From Naegleria gruberi (Eukaryota), in assembly GCA_000004985.1 (NCBI GenBank), contig GG738850.1: 64,000 nucleotides of DNA. The stretch is one strand, 5' to 3'. Position 1 is the stretch's first letter. The number at the start of each line of letters is the position of its first letter. Shown piece after piece: positions 21,597-31,843 of this stretch. A program made the translations under genes and the position numbers. The notes beneath the pieces are model-generated. The model saw nothing but the letters and a program-made list of their open reading frames with translations, had not been told where the DNA came from and searched no databases.

Positions 21597-21667
21597 TAGG
21601 AAGACAGGGAATCGAACCCTGATCTTAGGAACCACAATCCCATGTTCTACCACTGAACTATCTCCCT
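21597..21667 (-). tRNA. tRNA-His (anticodon GTG)
   Basis: 71-nt cloverleaf read by hand: acceptor AGGGAGA/TCTTCCT with one G-U pair, D arm GTTC-AGTGGTA-GAAC, anticodon arm TGGGA-TTGTGGT-TCCTA (U33, GTG, G37), T arm CAGGG-TTCGATT-CCCTG, discriminator A. Followed by a T-run (CACCTTTTT). Identical to the copy at 48613..48683. Confidence 0.85.
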
Positions 21668-21726
21668 TCTTGCTTAAAACTAAATGAATTCATAATTTTA
21701 AAACCTCAAACTCGTCAACTCTCCGA

Positions 21727-21739
21727 TTAAGGTGGCGGT
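21727..21739. repeat. left terminal inverted repeat core TTAAGGTGGCGGT
   Basis: Exact reverse complement of 24156-24168. Confidence 0.5.
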
Positions 21740-22145
21740 AGGTGTTTCCGAAAATATTCCTTCAATAAAAAAAAAAATTGTTGTGATGAAATACTTTTCT
21801 GTTCCTTTGCTCTCCTTTCCGTCTGCTAATAGTGAACCAATATGTGCTAATCTTTTATATCGTAAATAATATTATTGTCTAGTTGTTTTTCAAATTTTGA
21901 TCAATAGATACTAGCTTTCACAGAGAAAATTTAGAGTTTTACATTTAAAAATTAAATTAGATTTTTCACTATTTGATCCTCCTTGATCCCACGATCGGAA
22001 GAGTTTCTAAATTCAAAATAATGTAGACTGTGTGTTGGTTACTTTTCGTCATGCTTTGTCATGCTTTAATTGTGATTTTACCTTCAGTTCCACAAGAACG
22101 AAAATTGGCAAACAAAGAACAACAACAACAAACAATCACAAAAAA

Positions 22146-24044
22146 ATGCAAAGAAAATTTTGTTTTGTTTGTGGAGTCTTGACAGGTGTTTTTGCAGCAA
22201 AATTCTACACAGTTAAGAATGGATTTGTTGGTAAAATACCTATTCATCATGCATGCCACGATGGTATAATTTGTGGAAAACATTATAACATATTCAGGAG
22301 ACAATTTAATAATTTAGATGAGAACTTTACAAATATTGAATTTGGAACAAATGAAACAGTACAACATAATCACTCTAACAAAACTCAATCATATCAATTT
22401 CACATTCATAATGAAAGTAACATTTTACCCTTAGACCCACAGTCATTTAAAAGTTTAGAAAATCAAAATATCGGCCTTACCATTATTCCAACTGACCACT
22501 TGATTCGTATTGTGAAACCAGTACAGTGTAAAATCTGTGAGAGCACAAATATACATTTAAGAGAAATTACTAAAAATGGATTTGAACAGATATTCCGTTT
22601 TACTTGTTTGGCTTGTAATACGGTATTTGTTTTTAGAACATGTCCAAGGAATCTTAAATTGAATAGACATATTATTCAATCATTTGAACTCTCGAACTCT
22701 ACCTATGAATCATTTAAAACATTTACAACCCTTGTCGGATTGCCAATAATTAATAAGAAATCATATTATCAAGCAACAAACAAGTTATGGAGCAGTAGTA
22801 GTCAAGTATTAAATCAAGAAATGGACAAGGAATTGGAAAAGATTGCAAATCAGAAAATGAAACAAGTGCTTGGTCCTTTAATTTCTGCATTTGAACTGGG
22901 AAGAGAAGTTCCGGCATTGATTTACTCCTTCATTCATGATGCAATATTTTTGGATATATCAGTTGATGCAAGATATTCATCTAGGAGAAATGTTTACGAA
23001 TGTACTCTTGTGGTATTCGAAACAAAGGCAAAAAAAACAATTGAACGATCACACGTTATCAAGAAAAGAGCATCTAATAGAAAAAGTGCCTTACAATGGT
23101 TTATGGGAGCCTCTAAATTAATGGAGCCAGAAGCATGTCGTTTAGCAATTACATCTTTGAAACACAAGTCATTTCCAGTAATGGGTTATGGTATTTTACA
23201 TTTCAAAATTGGCTCTTTTGTTCATGACAAAGACTCAACTGTGGCAGCAGTCATCAAGAAATTAGAACCAACAGCATTAGAAAAGTTAGATCCAAATCAT
23301 GTAATCAAAAATCTGAGCAAGGAAGTAGAAGAAAAAGCACCCCGTATTGCCAGTATTATTGTATCATCCTTTAGGAAAGCTCTAAAATTAGCCAACACCA
23401 CCACTAATTCAAATGAGAAACTCCAAGCATTATTGAAAGCTTATCCACAACATTTACAAAATAACCATTCTCTGTGCGATTCAGGTTGTCCACACACAAT
23501 TAAACCAGAAAAATTGATCACTAAAGAGGAAGCACAAGTTGTTAAAGAAATATTTGACAAACGAATCAAATATAGTCACAAATTTTGTGATATTGCATGC
23601 AATAGCCAAAACAATGAGTCCATACATAGTACTATTTGTCATACAACACCAAAGACATTAGATTTCAGTCGAAATTATTGTGGAAGAGCTGATCTGGCAA
23701 TAGGTGAACGATTGCTTGGAAAATTTGCACAATTAAGAAAAATTCAAAGATTTATTGGTAGTCTCTTCGTGATTCCAAAAGAGCAGGCCATCAAGTTAGA
23801 TACTCAATATCATCAGGATAAAATAAGGAAACAGTCTAAAGCTTATAAGGAAAGAAGAGTGGAGCTTCGGAAAACAAAACTTAAGGTAAAAGAATCTCCA
23901 CAGCCAAAGGGAACAATTGGAAGTTGCACATGTTCGAAGGGTTCGACATGTACAAAAGCTTGTCCATGCAGAAAAGCCGGGAAATCATGTACTTCCAAAT
24001 GCTCTTGTTCCCTTACCAAATGTTCAAACAACAAAAAAGTTTGA
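22146..24044 (+). CDS. putative transposase-like protein: N-terminal zinc-ribbon motifs plus C-terminal tesmin-like CXC cysteine-rich tail
   Basis: Track ORF is 22032..24044; first ATG is at 22146 (MQRKFCFVCG...). Motifs CFVCG...HHACHDGIICGKH and CKICES-x19-CLACN (CxxC...CxxC ribbon). Central segment FIHDAIFLDISVDARYSSRRNVYECTLVVFETKAKKTIERSHV loosely resembles the first-D region of ISXO2/IS1595-Merlin DDE transposases. C-terminal CTCSKGSTCTKACPCRKAGKSCTSKCSCSLTKC. No cellular family recognised. Flanked by the inverted repeats above. Confidence 0.5.
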   Translation: MQRKFCFVCGVLTGVFAAKFYTVKNGFVGKIPIHHACHDGIICGKHYNIFRRQFNNLDENFTNIEFGTNETVQHNHSNKTQSYQFHIHNESNILPLDPQSFKSLENQNIGLTIIPTDHLIRIVKPVQCKICESTNIHLREITKNGFEQIFRFTCLACNTVFVFRTCPRNLKLNRHIIQSFELSNSTYESFKTFTTLVGLPIINKKSYYQATNKLWSSSSQVLNQEMDKELEKIANQKMKQVLGPLISAFELGREVPALIYSFIHDAIFLDISVDARYSSRRNVYECTLVVFETKAKKTIERSHVIKKRASNRKSALQWFMGASKLMEPEACRLAITSLKHKSFPVMGYGILHFKIGSFVHDKDSTVAAVIKKLEPTALEKLDPNHVIKNLSKEVEEKAPRIASIIVSSFRKALKLANTTTNSNEKLQALLKAYPQHLQNNHSLCDSGCPHTIKPEKLITKEEAQVVKEIFDKRIKYSHKFCDIACNSQNNESIHSTICHTTPKTLDFSRNYCGRADLAIGERLLGKFAQLRKIQRFIGSLFVIPKEQAIKLDTQYHQDKIRKQSKAYKERRVELRKTKLKVKESPQPKGTIGSCTCSKGSTCTKACPCRKAGKSCTSKCSCSLTKCSNNKKV

Positions 24045-24155
24045 CTTGTAATAATAAATGATTTTTTATTAAAATTGCTAAATTTGTAATTTTGCCAATA
24101 ATAGATATTCGAATATTTGTAAACCAACATTTGCACTTCCAATTAAAATAGGTAG

Positions 24156-24168
24156 ACCGCCACCTTAA
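24156..24168. repeat. right terminal inverted repeat core ACCGCCACCTTAA
   Basis: Exact reverse complement of 21727-21739. Lies in the 3' flank of the CSN2 gene. Confidence 0.5.
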
Positions 24169-24250
24169 AATCGTTTACTTAACTTTCGAATAACTTACTC
24201 CGTGCCATGAACACATATCAAAATTTAATTTACAATTAAAGATTTATTAT

Positions 24251-25585
24251 TTAATTTACTCTTTGGAGAATTGCTTGGTGAACATCGTTAAGTTTGACAG
24301 TCCATTGGCTCAAAGCCTTGTATCGGGTCAATTCTTGTCCTTGTGAAGAAAGTGTGATCATTTGGTTGACTTGATCAACATAACCATCCAATTTACCATC
24401 CAAAATCATGTCAATAACTAAAGCTTCAACATCTTCAGCAGAAATGCTCAATTCCTTTCCTAAGAAGGTCATCTTGATACGAGTGTATGGCTTCATAATC
24501 TTACCCAAGACACGTGTACGAATTGTCTTTAACAAATCTTCAATATATTCCTTCATGAAATTGTCTTCTAAAATAGCCTTCTTGTTATTCTTCAAAACCT
24601 TGTCGAATTCCTTGATATTGGCTTGTTGGTAGTGTTGAACAAGATCAGTCATGGCTACAATATCAGAGTGACCCTTGTATGGTTTAGCTTCGTTGGCATC
24701 AAAAGGATTGATAGAAGATTGAGACAAGATTGAAGCCAAAACCAAATACTTCAAACAATCAATACGACGTGGATTACCAGCTTCATCATATGATTTGAAA
24801 GCTTCGAAAAAGTCATTAAAAGCTTCACTCCACTTCTTTTCACGCATATACATTTTACCACCACATTCACGAATAATACCAGTAATACGAGGATTCAAAA
24901 CGACAGCACCTCCTGAAATGATACCAATACATCTTTGATAAAGTTGGGCAAGTTTCTTGAGTTGATTTTGTTCACTGTACATTTGAATTTCAAGAACATA
25001 AACATCCAACATGTTAGATGACTTCTTTTCATCGGGCGTAACACCATCTTCTAACATACACCACTTTTTAAGATCGGTAATACAAGTGTTGAGCTTTTCA
25101 AAATCACGTGTTTGTGTAAACAATTGACCTTGCTTGAGTTTGGTATTAAACCACAACTTTTCATTGTTAGCCTTTAACAAAACTTCAAGAGTCATTCCGT
25201 AGATTTGATCAAGCATATTCTTATCTGTTGATGATGATACCATAGATAAAACCTTGTTGATAGCCTTTTCACTTTCATTTCTAGAAACAATACTCATGTA
25301 GGTGAGCAATTCCTTGTAACGTTGTACCATTTGTTCCATCATACCAGCCTTGAAAAGAGTCTTGACCATTTGCTTGAGTGATTTAAAACCCCATTGTCCC
25401 TTCTCTTCTTCCAAGTCAAGGACAGTTTGGAAAAGTTCGAGGGCTTCATCCAAGTTTTCATCAACTTCACCCTTGGCAGTGTAGTAAGTATTTTCGACAA
25501 GGTTTTCATCGACTTCATCGTCCAACATTTCATCATCTCCCTTGTCATTATCATCGAGACCTACAACTTCACCTTCATCATCTTC
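24251..25585 (-). CDS. CSN2: COP9 signalosome subunit 2 (CSN2), exon 2
   Basis: Near full-length alignment to CSN2 (e.g. GEWGFKALKQM vs GQWGFKSLKQM, IRECGGKM, FDFFEAFKSYDEAGNPRR, INPFD..EAKPYK, KPYTRI). PCI domain. The frame is open upstream of the track Met (25528) to an acceptor TAG at 25586-25588. Encodes EDDEGEVVGLDDNDKGDDEMLDDEV..., matching the acidic CSN2 N-terminus. Confidence 0.9.
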   Translation of the reverse strand, partial: EDDEGEVVGLDDNDKGDDEMLDDEVDENLVENTYYTAKGEVDENLDEALELFQTVLDLEEEKGQWGFKSLKQMVKTLFKAGMMEQMVQRYKELLTYMSIVSRNESEKAINKVLSMVSSSTDKNMLDQIYGMTLEVLLKANNEKLWFNTKLKQGQLFTQTRDFEKLNTCITDLKKWCMLEDGVTPDEKKSSNMLDVYVLEIQMYSEQNQLKKLAQLYQRCIGIISGGAVVLNPRITGIIRECGGKMYMREKKWSEAFNDFFEAFKSYDEAGNPRRIDCLKYLVLASILSQSSINPFDANEAKPYKGHSDIVAMTDLVQHYQQANIKEFDKVLKNNKKAILEDNFMKEYIEDLLKTIRTRVLGKIMKPYTRIKMTFLGKELSISAEDVEALVIDMILDGKLDGYVDQVNQMITLSSQGQELTRYKALSQWTVKLNDVHQAILQRVN

Positions 25586-25820
25586 CTATTATTATTATTT
25601 TGTTATTAATGAATTAGTATTTTCATGATGATCAGAGAATATGTTGAGATATGGAAATTGTTAAATTCAACAATATAATGATCAGCAAGAGAAAATATAT
25701 TCATATATGATAATATTAAAAAATCATGAATTAAATGTTGAATATTTTTGATCATTATCAAAATACATCATCATAAAAGATCTTGATCAATCACTACTAT
25801 CAAAAAACATTACTACGTAC

Positions 25821-25850
25821 AATTTCGAATTCAACATCATCATCAGCCAT
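25821..25850 (-). CDS. CSN2: CSN2 exon 1 (MADDDVEFEI), followed by a GTACGT donor
   Basis: ATG at 25850. Ten codons, then GTACGT (25820-25815). A 235-nt AT-rich intron ends in AATAG at 25586. Phase 0 to phase 0. Restores the conserved acidic N-terminus (human MSDMEDDFMCDDEEDYD...). Confidence 0.55.
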
Positions 25851-26880
25851 TTTGTGTGTGTTTATAGAGTACAAGGATACCAAGTGGTAATTATTTTTTA
25901 AAAATAAAAATTGATGATCTTTTTTTGCTGTGTGTTGTTGGGTGGAACTCGTTACAAAGTCGAACAAGCCACTGATTTCCACTGTGCAAGTTCACTTTAA
26001 AAAAATATTTTTAGAACACCTGATCCGATGAGCAGAAGAAAACAATCATCTACTTTTGACTAAATTACAAATAATAAATATTGGTGGTAGATTAATAAGT
26101 AGATTATCAAGAATTTATAATGTAATTTATGTTGTAGAATATTGTGGATCATCGCGATGATGATTATTATTTGTGAATATATTTAATTACCATAAATGAG
26201 GATTGTTTTGTAGTAAAATAATTTCATCATGATGGTTGTTATCATTAATCTTTATTACTCTAAACGTCTTGTAACCTGGAAGTTTTCTCTTGAAAGAGGG
26301 CCTTCCATTCATGGAGAGACCATACAGAGAGCTGTGGTTTCCATCGCGGACAGAGAATAAGGTCACACGCCTAATTTCTGTGGTACTACCCGCTTACATA
26401 CTCAAATTTTATTACTTTTACACTTATTAAGCATTATCAATCATTTATTGATTGTACTTTGAATGAAACAGGAGTTGACAAGAAGCTCAATTCACTTTTT
26501 ATTAGAAATTTTATGAAAGCTTATCAAATGTTGAGCTCAATGGACCAATGTCACTGATACCAAAAAGGATGGAATAGTTGATAGCTTGGCAGCAAGCTCT
26601 TTACTCTTGAAATTTGATTGTCATCACCTCTTCAAAACAATAACTGAAATTCTATCATTGTGAACAATAGCATTCAATGATTTTAGTCGCTAGTAGTGAT
26701 TGCTATGTTTCTTTCTTTTTTATTACATGAGGTAATTTGAAATGATTTACTTTCCTCTTGCTATTTATTTGATAAACGAACTATTGATTTACCTTCAGTT
26801 TACAATTTTCATTCATGTTGTACATCATTTTCTTTTGTGTGGATTCAGCAATAAGAATAATAGAAACAGGACAGCTTTAT

Positions 26881-29800
26881 TTACACATAAATTTCATCAC
26901 CAACAGCAAGGGATACGTGAAGTGGTTTGGACCATGTTTCTTCATTACAAAAATTTAGAGGGAATACACACAAATTTCCTTTCAATTGTTTCAATAGCTT
27001 TCGTTTTTCCTTTTCAGAGAGAGTTGAATCAATTTGCTTACTACTTCCAAAGTTCATGGATCTTAGACGAATATCATTGAAGGAATCTTTTGATTCTTCA
27101 TGAATTTCAATTTCTTCCTCTTTTGATTTCTTTGGCTCCTTTGCATCTGACGATTTCTCCTTCTTCTTTTCTTCCTTTACACTACCTTCCTTATTGACAT
27201 TTAATCGGGCAGATTGTAAATATTGTTCCATTGTTTTAAACTTGTCAGAAATGACAGAGTCTGGAAAGACAGTTTCATAGATCTGTGAATTATGTTTGGC
27301 TGTTTTTATCCAAACCTCCTTATAGGTTGCATCACATATTGGATCGTTTCTAATGAGCTTTTTAATCTTGTTTTGTTCTCTCTGCTTTTGCCACTTTTTC
27401 CATCTATCTTGACCTTTGTATCTACCAATTTTCAAATTCAAAATCTTTGGATCATCATCAGAGTCAGATTCATGTTCATTATCATTCTCTTCCTCAGATT
27501 CAACACGAGAACTTGAGGCTGGTTCATTATCATAGTCATATTCATCCTCATTTTGAGATGGAAGCAAGCCCAAGTGTTCTCTCCAACATCTAATTCTCAA
27601 ACTGTGAGCAAATTTACCAGACTTGTAATGTCTACCATTCATCTTGGTGTGAATGACACTAGTTGGATGATCTTGAATCACCACAGCAATTTCAGAATCT
27701 CTCGTGCCGAGCATACTTCTATCGTTAATGTTGGCACTTCCAATAATTGTAATATAATCGTCAACAATCATCATCTTGCTATGTACATAGATATGCTCAG
27801 TAACAGCCTTTTTGCCATAATCAGTTGTTTTCATCATCATGAGAGCTCTGAATCTATCACTGTTAGTTGTGAAGGAATCTTCACTCGATTCTTCTTGATC
27901 TTCAATGTCTGTATATGCATCTGACCCCAATCTGATAGTATTGGTGTCCTCGAGAGAGCCTCTCCAATCATTATTTACAAATCCATAGTTTCTCAATGTA
28001 CAAAAGAAGATGTAATTTTCAATGTCCTTATCTGTGGCACCAGTTACATGTTTCTTAATGTAACTGAACATTGAGTTTGGACCATTCTTGATGGTATTAT
28101 ACGAGTATTTCATAATTTGCTGTGTTGTTGATGCAGCCATATCGCCTTCAGGATGTGATGGAACAACAATAATTACTCTGAAAACTTCCTTTGCTTTCAT
28201 CTTTTCAACAACCTTTCTAGCAATATATTCTGGAATGACATTTTTTGGCAAATCTGATGTAGAACCAATAAAGTATTGGTTCTCAATATAAATATAATGT
28301 TTGGCATTATCTATGAGATGGAGATAGGCTGCATAGACACTCTGTTCATCTCGAGGCGAACCACTCCACTTACACAGAGATCTCACTAACTGGGCATTGC
28401 ACAGGAAACCTTCATCTGCGCACTGGAACTTTTTAATCTTTTGCTCCCGAGAATTTCTGGAGGAGTTTACGTTGGCTACTGGAAGGAGGGTCTTGGATTT
28501 GTTGTGGTTGAGATGTTTTTTCTTAATCTTGGGGGCTGAATCAAAAACACTCTTATGTTGATCGATTGATTTGATAACTGGCGAAATCACATCAACATCT
28601 GATGGATCAGTATCAGAGTATTCGAAGTTTTTCTTGAATTGTTCATCGACCTTTTCTTTCAAATCCTGTTCGATTTGCGCCAACTTGTTATCTTCATCCT
28701 CGTACTTTCTTCTTCTATTTCTTGGATCCAATTCGGTGAGTTTGCTGATAATTTCCTTAGCTCTATTACCATCATCATCATCTCCAGATTTAGTACCCTG
28801 AAGAGCTTCATTGAGCGTATTCAAATTGAAGGGATTCAAAAGGAGGTTCTTCTTTTTCTTAATGTCGTAATATTCCAATAGAGGATTCTTTCCAGGATTT
28901 TTCAAAATTAGAGTTTTAAGACTCTTATTTTCCTTTGAATCTTTTGAGCCATTAATTGAAAAATTCCATCTCTCAACAAAATTGAATGAGCAATCTTTGG
29001 CAGCAAGTCCAGTTACACTGCAATGAATATCGTGCCAAGCTTGTCTGGTCGAATATTCTCTATCAATAACATCAGTAAAACTGTCCAATTTATCTGCGTA
29101 CTTGTAGTAGGCGTGATAATTTGGATTTTGGTAATCATTTCCTGGATATTTTGAGTGGGAATGATTCATATCAGTAATGTTATGCTTATAGTCATCCCAC
29201 CTTCCATAACACATGTCCAAACCCCCAAGAAATCCAATCGATTGGTCAATAACAACTAATTTCTGATGGTGAGACCACTCGACTGGATACTGCTTTGGAT
29301 GAGTCTTGACATAAATATTCTTTGGATACAAACTTTTCAGATAATTCTTTGTTTTCTTTGTGTTCAAATTGAGCCCAGCCAAAGATGTTTCATTCCATAA
29401 GAGAATGTATATTCTAACACCTTGACTTGCTTTCTTTTTCAGTAAAATATCCAATCTCGAGTCGGCAACTTCCTTACCATCACCTCTCAAAAGATAAAGA
29501 GTTGGGTGTAGACACCAATCGGCAATGAAAATTTCCTCCTTTGCCAAACTAATAGCAAGTGCAATATCTTGGAAGGCATCCTTTCCGTCGACATACCATT
29601 TGGCTCTAACTTTTTGTCTCTCTGGGGCATATGAATTGAATCTACAAGCTTCACCTTCGGCACCCTTTCTATTATCCAAATGATACATGAGAACGGTGAA
29701 AATCCACTTCATTTTCAATTCTGATGACTCAGAAACAAGGAGGAGCTTTCGTTTTTCATTCTTACTTGCCTTCTTTTTCTTCTCGGATTGAGATCGAACT

Positions 29801-31302
29801 GGAACAATAGGATTCAAAACTAAGCCATCAAACATTTCATCGAAAAATATTTTTGAAAGAGTGATACTGAAAGTGGGAGAAAGAGCCATTGAATTGGTGG
29901 GTCTAGTCGGGAATGAACTAGTTCTATTATGGTTTGGTCTAGAAAAAATTAAAGTGGGGCTGTGTATTTCTGGCTCTTTCTCACCTTCTGAGTCTGATTC
30001 CTCAATATTAATTTGGGATTTTTCAATTTCTTTCAATAGTGGCACAGTAACTATTTGAGTTTCATTTTCAACAGAGTCGATTTTTCTCAAATCAACACTT
30101 AAAACTTTTCTTCTGTCCATGCCCCCAATTGTAAAGTGCTCAGCATCCGTGGTCATATATCCGTTGAGAAAACCTCCTCTAATTTCGATATGAAGTTTAA
30201 CGAACTTGTTATGATCGGCAATATCAGCTGCTATTGACAAATCTCTATCAACAATATCAGAATAGGAGAGGTATAGCTCTCCCTCAAACTCGTATGGATT
30301 TTCACATCTGACAAATTCATCAATTGGTCTCAAAATTGGTAAAAAGAAATTCTCAACAATACCCATCCCATTGAGGAATGTTTGATCCTCCTTGCAAACT
30401 GTCACAAATGTATGTAAATCCATTTTATCCGTAGCTGATTCGGGTGGTGAACCAGTTTCAACTTTTTTGAAAAGTGTCCTGTCATTTTGTGTTGATTTTG
30501 CCTTTTCAAAAAATGATTCCACAACTTGCTCAATATCAGAAGTTTTAGAATTCTTAATAGTTAAAATTCCTACATGTTTTAAGGCTCGCATTAAATTCAC
30601 TAATTTAGATTTTGTAATAAAACCCTCATGGTTATGATCATATAATCCAAAACACCACTCGGCTCTCTCCTCTATTGTTCCTCTACACATTGTACTAATA
30701 GTAACTACAAATCTGTGAAATGTCAAATACTTTCTCTTATTAAAATCACTTGTTGCATTAAATAGGGAATTAATCACAATTTTTTCATAGTCAGTATATG
30801 CATCCTCATATGAAGTTGGTAGTTCCTTATGTGATTTTTCAAAATTTCCTAGATCTAACGAAAATTTATCCATTAATTTTGGAAAGAATATTTTGGCAAA
30901 CTCTCCCACACTTAAATAGAGTGAATAATCCTCTGATTTCTTTGTTGTCTTTTTTGATGGGGTATTCGAGGATTTGTTGGGTGATTGTCCATCACCATCA
31001 TTTAAACATTCCTTACAGAATGATGTAAACAAGCTCCGCAACATTCGGAATTCATCCTTAGCTAAATGTGTTTTCGATAACAATTCCATATCGTTCTTGT
31101 ATCTCTCCAATCTTGCTTGCATGGCTTTTAATTGCTGTTGAAACCTTACATTCTTCTTGCCTGGTGCCAAAATTGCAGGTAACATGGCAAAATCATCTCC
31201 CACATCTCCAGACACAGATGAAATAAAAGCACTAGTCTTGGCACTTTGTGATGATGTTGGTTTCCGATCGGAATCCTTTGATTTTGGAGGTCTTTGTCCC
31301 AT
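26881..31302 (-). CDS. phospholipase D with two HKD motifs and an N-terminal EF-hand-like region (~1473 aa)
   Basis: HHQKLVVIDQSIGFLGGLDMCYGRWD and HSKMMIVDDYITIIGSANINDRSM (HxKxxxxD x2). Track ORF starts with TTG at 31317; true ATG at 31302 (MGQRPPKSKDSD...). EF-hand-like segments near the N-terminus (FGLYDHNHEGFITKSKLVNLMRAL). Apparently a single exon. Confidence 0.9.
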   Translation of the reverse strand: MGQRPPKSKDSDRKPTSSQSAKTSAFISSVSGDVGDDFAMLPAILAPGKKNVRFQQQLKAMQARLERYKNDMELLSKTHLAKDEFRMLRSLFTSFCKECLNDGDGQSPNKSSNTPSKKTTKKSEDYSLYLSVGEFAKIFFPKLMDKFSLDLGNFEKSHKELPTSYEDAYTDYEKIVINSLFNATSDFNKRKYLTFHRFVVTISTMCRGTIEERAEWCFGLYDHNHEGFITKSKLVNLMRALKHVGILTIKNSKTSDIEQVVESFFEKAKSTQNDRTLFKKVETGSPPESATDKMDLHTFVTVCKEDQTFLNGMGIVENFFLPILRPIDEFVRCENPYEFEGELYLSYSDIVDRDLSIAADIADHNKFVKLHIEIRGGFLNGYMTTDAEHFTIGGMDRRKVLSVDLRKIDSVENETQIVTVPLLKEIEKSQINIEESDSEGEKEPEIHSPTLIFSRPNHNRTSSFPTRPTNSMALSPTFSITLSKIFFDEMFDGLVLNPIVPVRSQSEKKKKASKNEKRKLLLVSESSELKMKWIFTVLMYHLDNRKGAEGEACRFNSYAPERQKVRAKWYVDGKDAFQDIALAISLAKEEIFIADWCLHPTLYLLRGDGKEVADSRLDILLKKKASQGVRIYILLWNETSLAGLNLNTKKTKNYLKSLYPKNIYVKTHPKQYPVEWSHHQKLVVIDQSIGFLGGLDMCYGRWDDYKHNITDMNHSHSKYPGNDYQNPNYHAYYKYADKLDSFTDVIDREYSTRQAWHDIHCSVTGLAAKDCSFNFVERWNFSINGSKDSKENKSLKTLILKNPGKNPLLEYYDIKKKKNLLLNPFNLNTLNEALQGTKSGDDDDGNRAKEIISKLTELDPRNRRRKYEDEDNKLAQIEQDLKEKVDEQFKKNFEYSDTDPSDVDVISPVIKSIDQHKSVFDSAPKIKKKHLNHNKSKTLLPVANVNSSRNSREQKIKKFQCADEGFLCNAQLVRSLCKWSGSPRDEQSVYAAYLHLIDNAKHYIYIENQYFIGSTSDLPKNVIPEYIARKVVEKMKAKEVFRVIIVVPSHPEGDMAASTTQQIMKYSYNTIKNGPNSMFSYIKKHVTGATDKDIENYIFFCTLRNYGFVNNDWRGSLEDTNTIRLGSDAYTDIEDQEESSEDSFTTNSDRFRALMMMKTTDYGKKAVTEHIYVHSKMMIVDDYITIIGSANINDRSMLGTRDSEIAVVIQDHPTSVIHTKMNGRHYKSGKFAHSLRIRCWREHLGLLPSQNEDEYDYDNEPASSSRVESEEENDNEHESDSDDDPKILNLKIGRYKGQDRWKKWQKQREQNKIKKLIRNDPICDATYKEVWIKTAKHNSQIYETVFPDSVISDKFKTMEQYLQSARLNVNKEGSVKEEKKKEKSSDAKEPKKSKEEEIEIHEESKDSFNDIRLRSMNFGSSKQIDSTLSEKEKRKLLKQLKGNLCVFPLNFCNEETWSKPLHVSLAVGDEIYV

Positions 31303-31770
31303 TCTCACTTTTATCAACTTGATACAAAATATATCAACAAAATATTCTGATTCCTACAAAATATCAACAATTGTTAACTTGTTGATGATAACACTGGTGT
31401 GATACAATGAACTTTCCTCTTTAAATATCTCAATTGTTTCCAAGTTCTTTGTTGTTTCTTTCTTGATGACCTATTGTTATTTGTTGTTGCTTTTTTTCTT
31501 ATTAAAAAGAGCGAACTGTTTTCTCCTCAACAGCTATTACACTACAAAAATACAATTTCTAAAGTTCAAGCGGGAAAATTTCAAGCAAGGAAAATTCCAA
31601 AACTGAATTTACTTACCCCTTAACTGTATTTCGTTTGTTAGAAATAATGATTTGATGAAGAAGGGAATAAGGTGTTATGAAACATTAAGGGATGGATAAT
31701 GAACAAGATAAATAATAAAACGTCTTCGAGCATAATAGAAATAATGAAGCAACCTGAAGGCCAAAAGCAA

Positions 31771-31843
31771 CTCCCCCTGGTGGGCTCGAACCACCGACCT
31801 GCAGATTAACAGTCTGACGCTCTACCGACTGAGCTAAGGGGGA
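31771..31843 (-). tRNA. tRNA-Asn (anticodon GTT)
   Basis: 73-nt cloverleaf: acceptor TCCCCCT/AGGGGGA, D arm GCTC-AGTCGGTA-GAGC, anticodon arm TCAGA-CTGTTAA-TCTGC (U33, GTT, A37), variable AGGTC, T arm GGTGG-TTCGAGC-CCACC (the Asn-typical T arm), discriminator G. T-run downstream on the gene strand (TTGCTTTTGG). Confidence 0.8.

Larger units (their letters stand above)
21724..24172 (+). mobile_element. candidate TIR-type DNA transposon (~2.45 kb) carrying one large ORF; family undetermined
   Basis: The only long ORF in the interval is bounded by a perfect 13-bp inverted repeat, TTAAGGTGGCGGT at 21727-21739 and ACCGCCACCTTAA at 24156-24168. The repeat extends to about 18/20 as CGATT(TT)TAAGGTGGCGGT. 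It is GC-rich in an AT-rich intergenic context, which makes a chance match very unlikely. The left end is about 57 bp upstream of a tRNA-His gene. No clear target-site duplication seen. Confidence 0.4.

Noticed and set aside
21993-22003. 11-mer GATCGGAAGAG identical to the start of the Illumina TruSeq adapter, inside the candidate transposon's 5' region
   Set aside because: Only 11 nt match, with immediate divergence afterwards and no flanking adapter sequence. Roughly 3% chance occurrence in 128 kb of two strands. Most likely coincidence, though adapter contamination can be excluded only with reads.
26300-26360. ACAGAGA box with flanking similarity suggesting U6 snRNA
   Set aside because: Lacks the invariant AGC triad/GCATGG context, the 5' stem-loop and the 3' ISL of U6. 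Similarity is limited to the heptamer plus a few bases.
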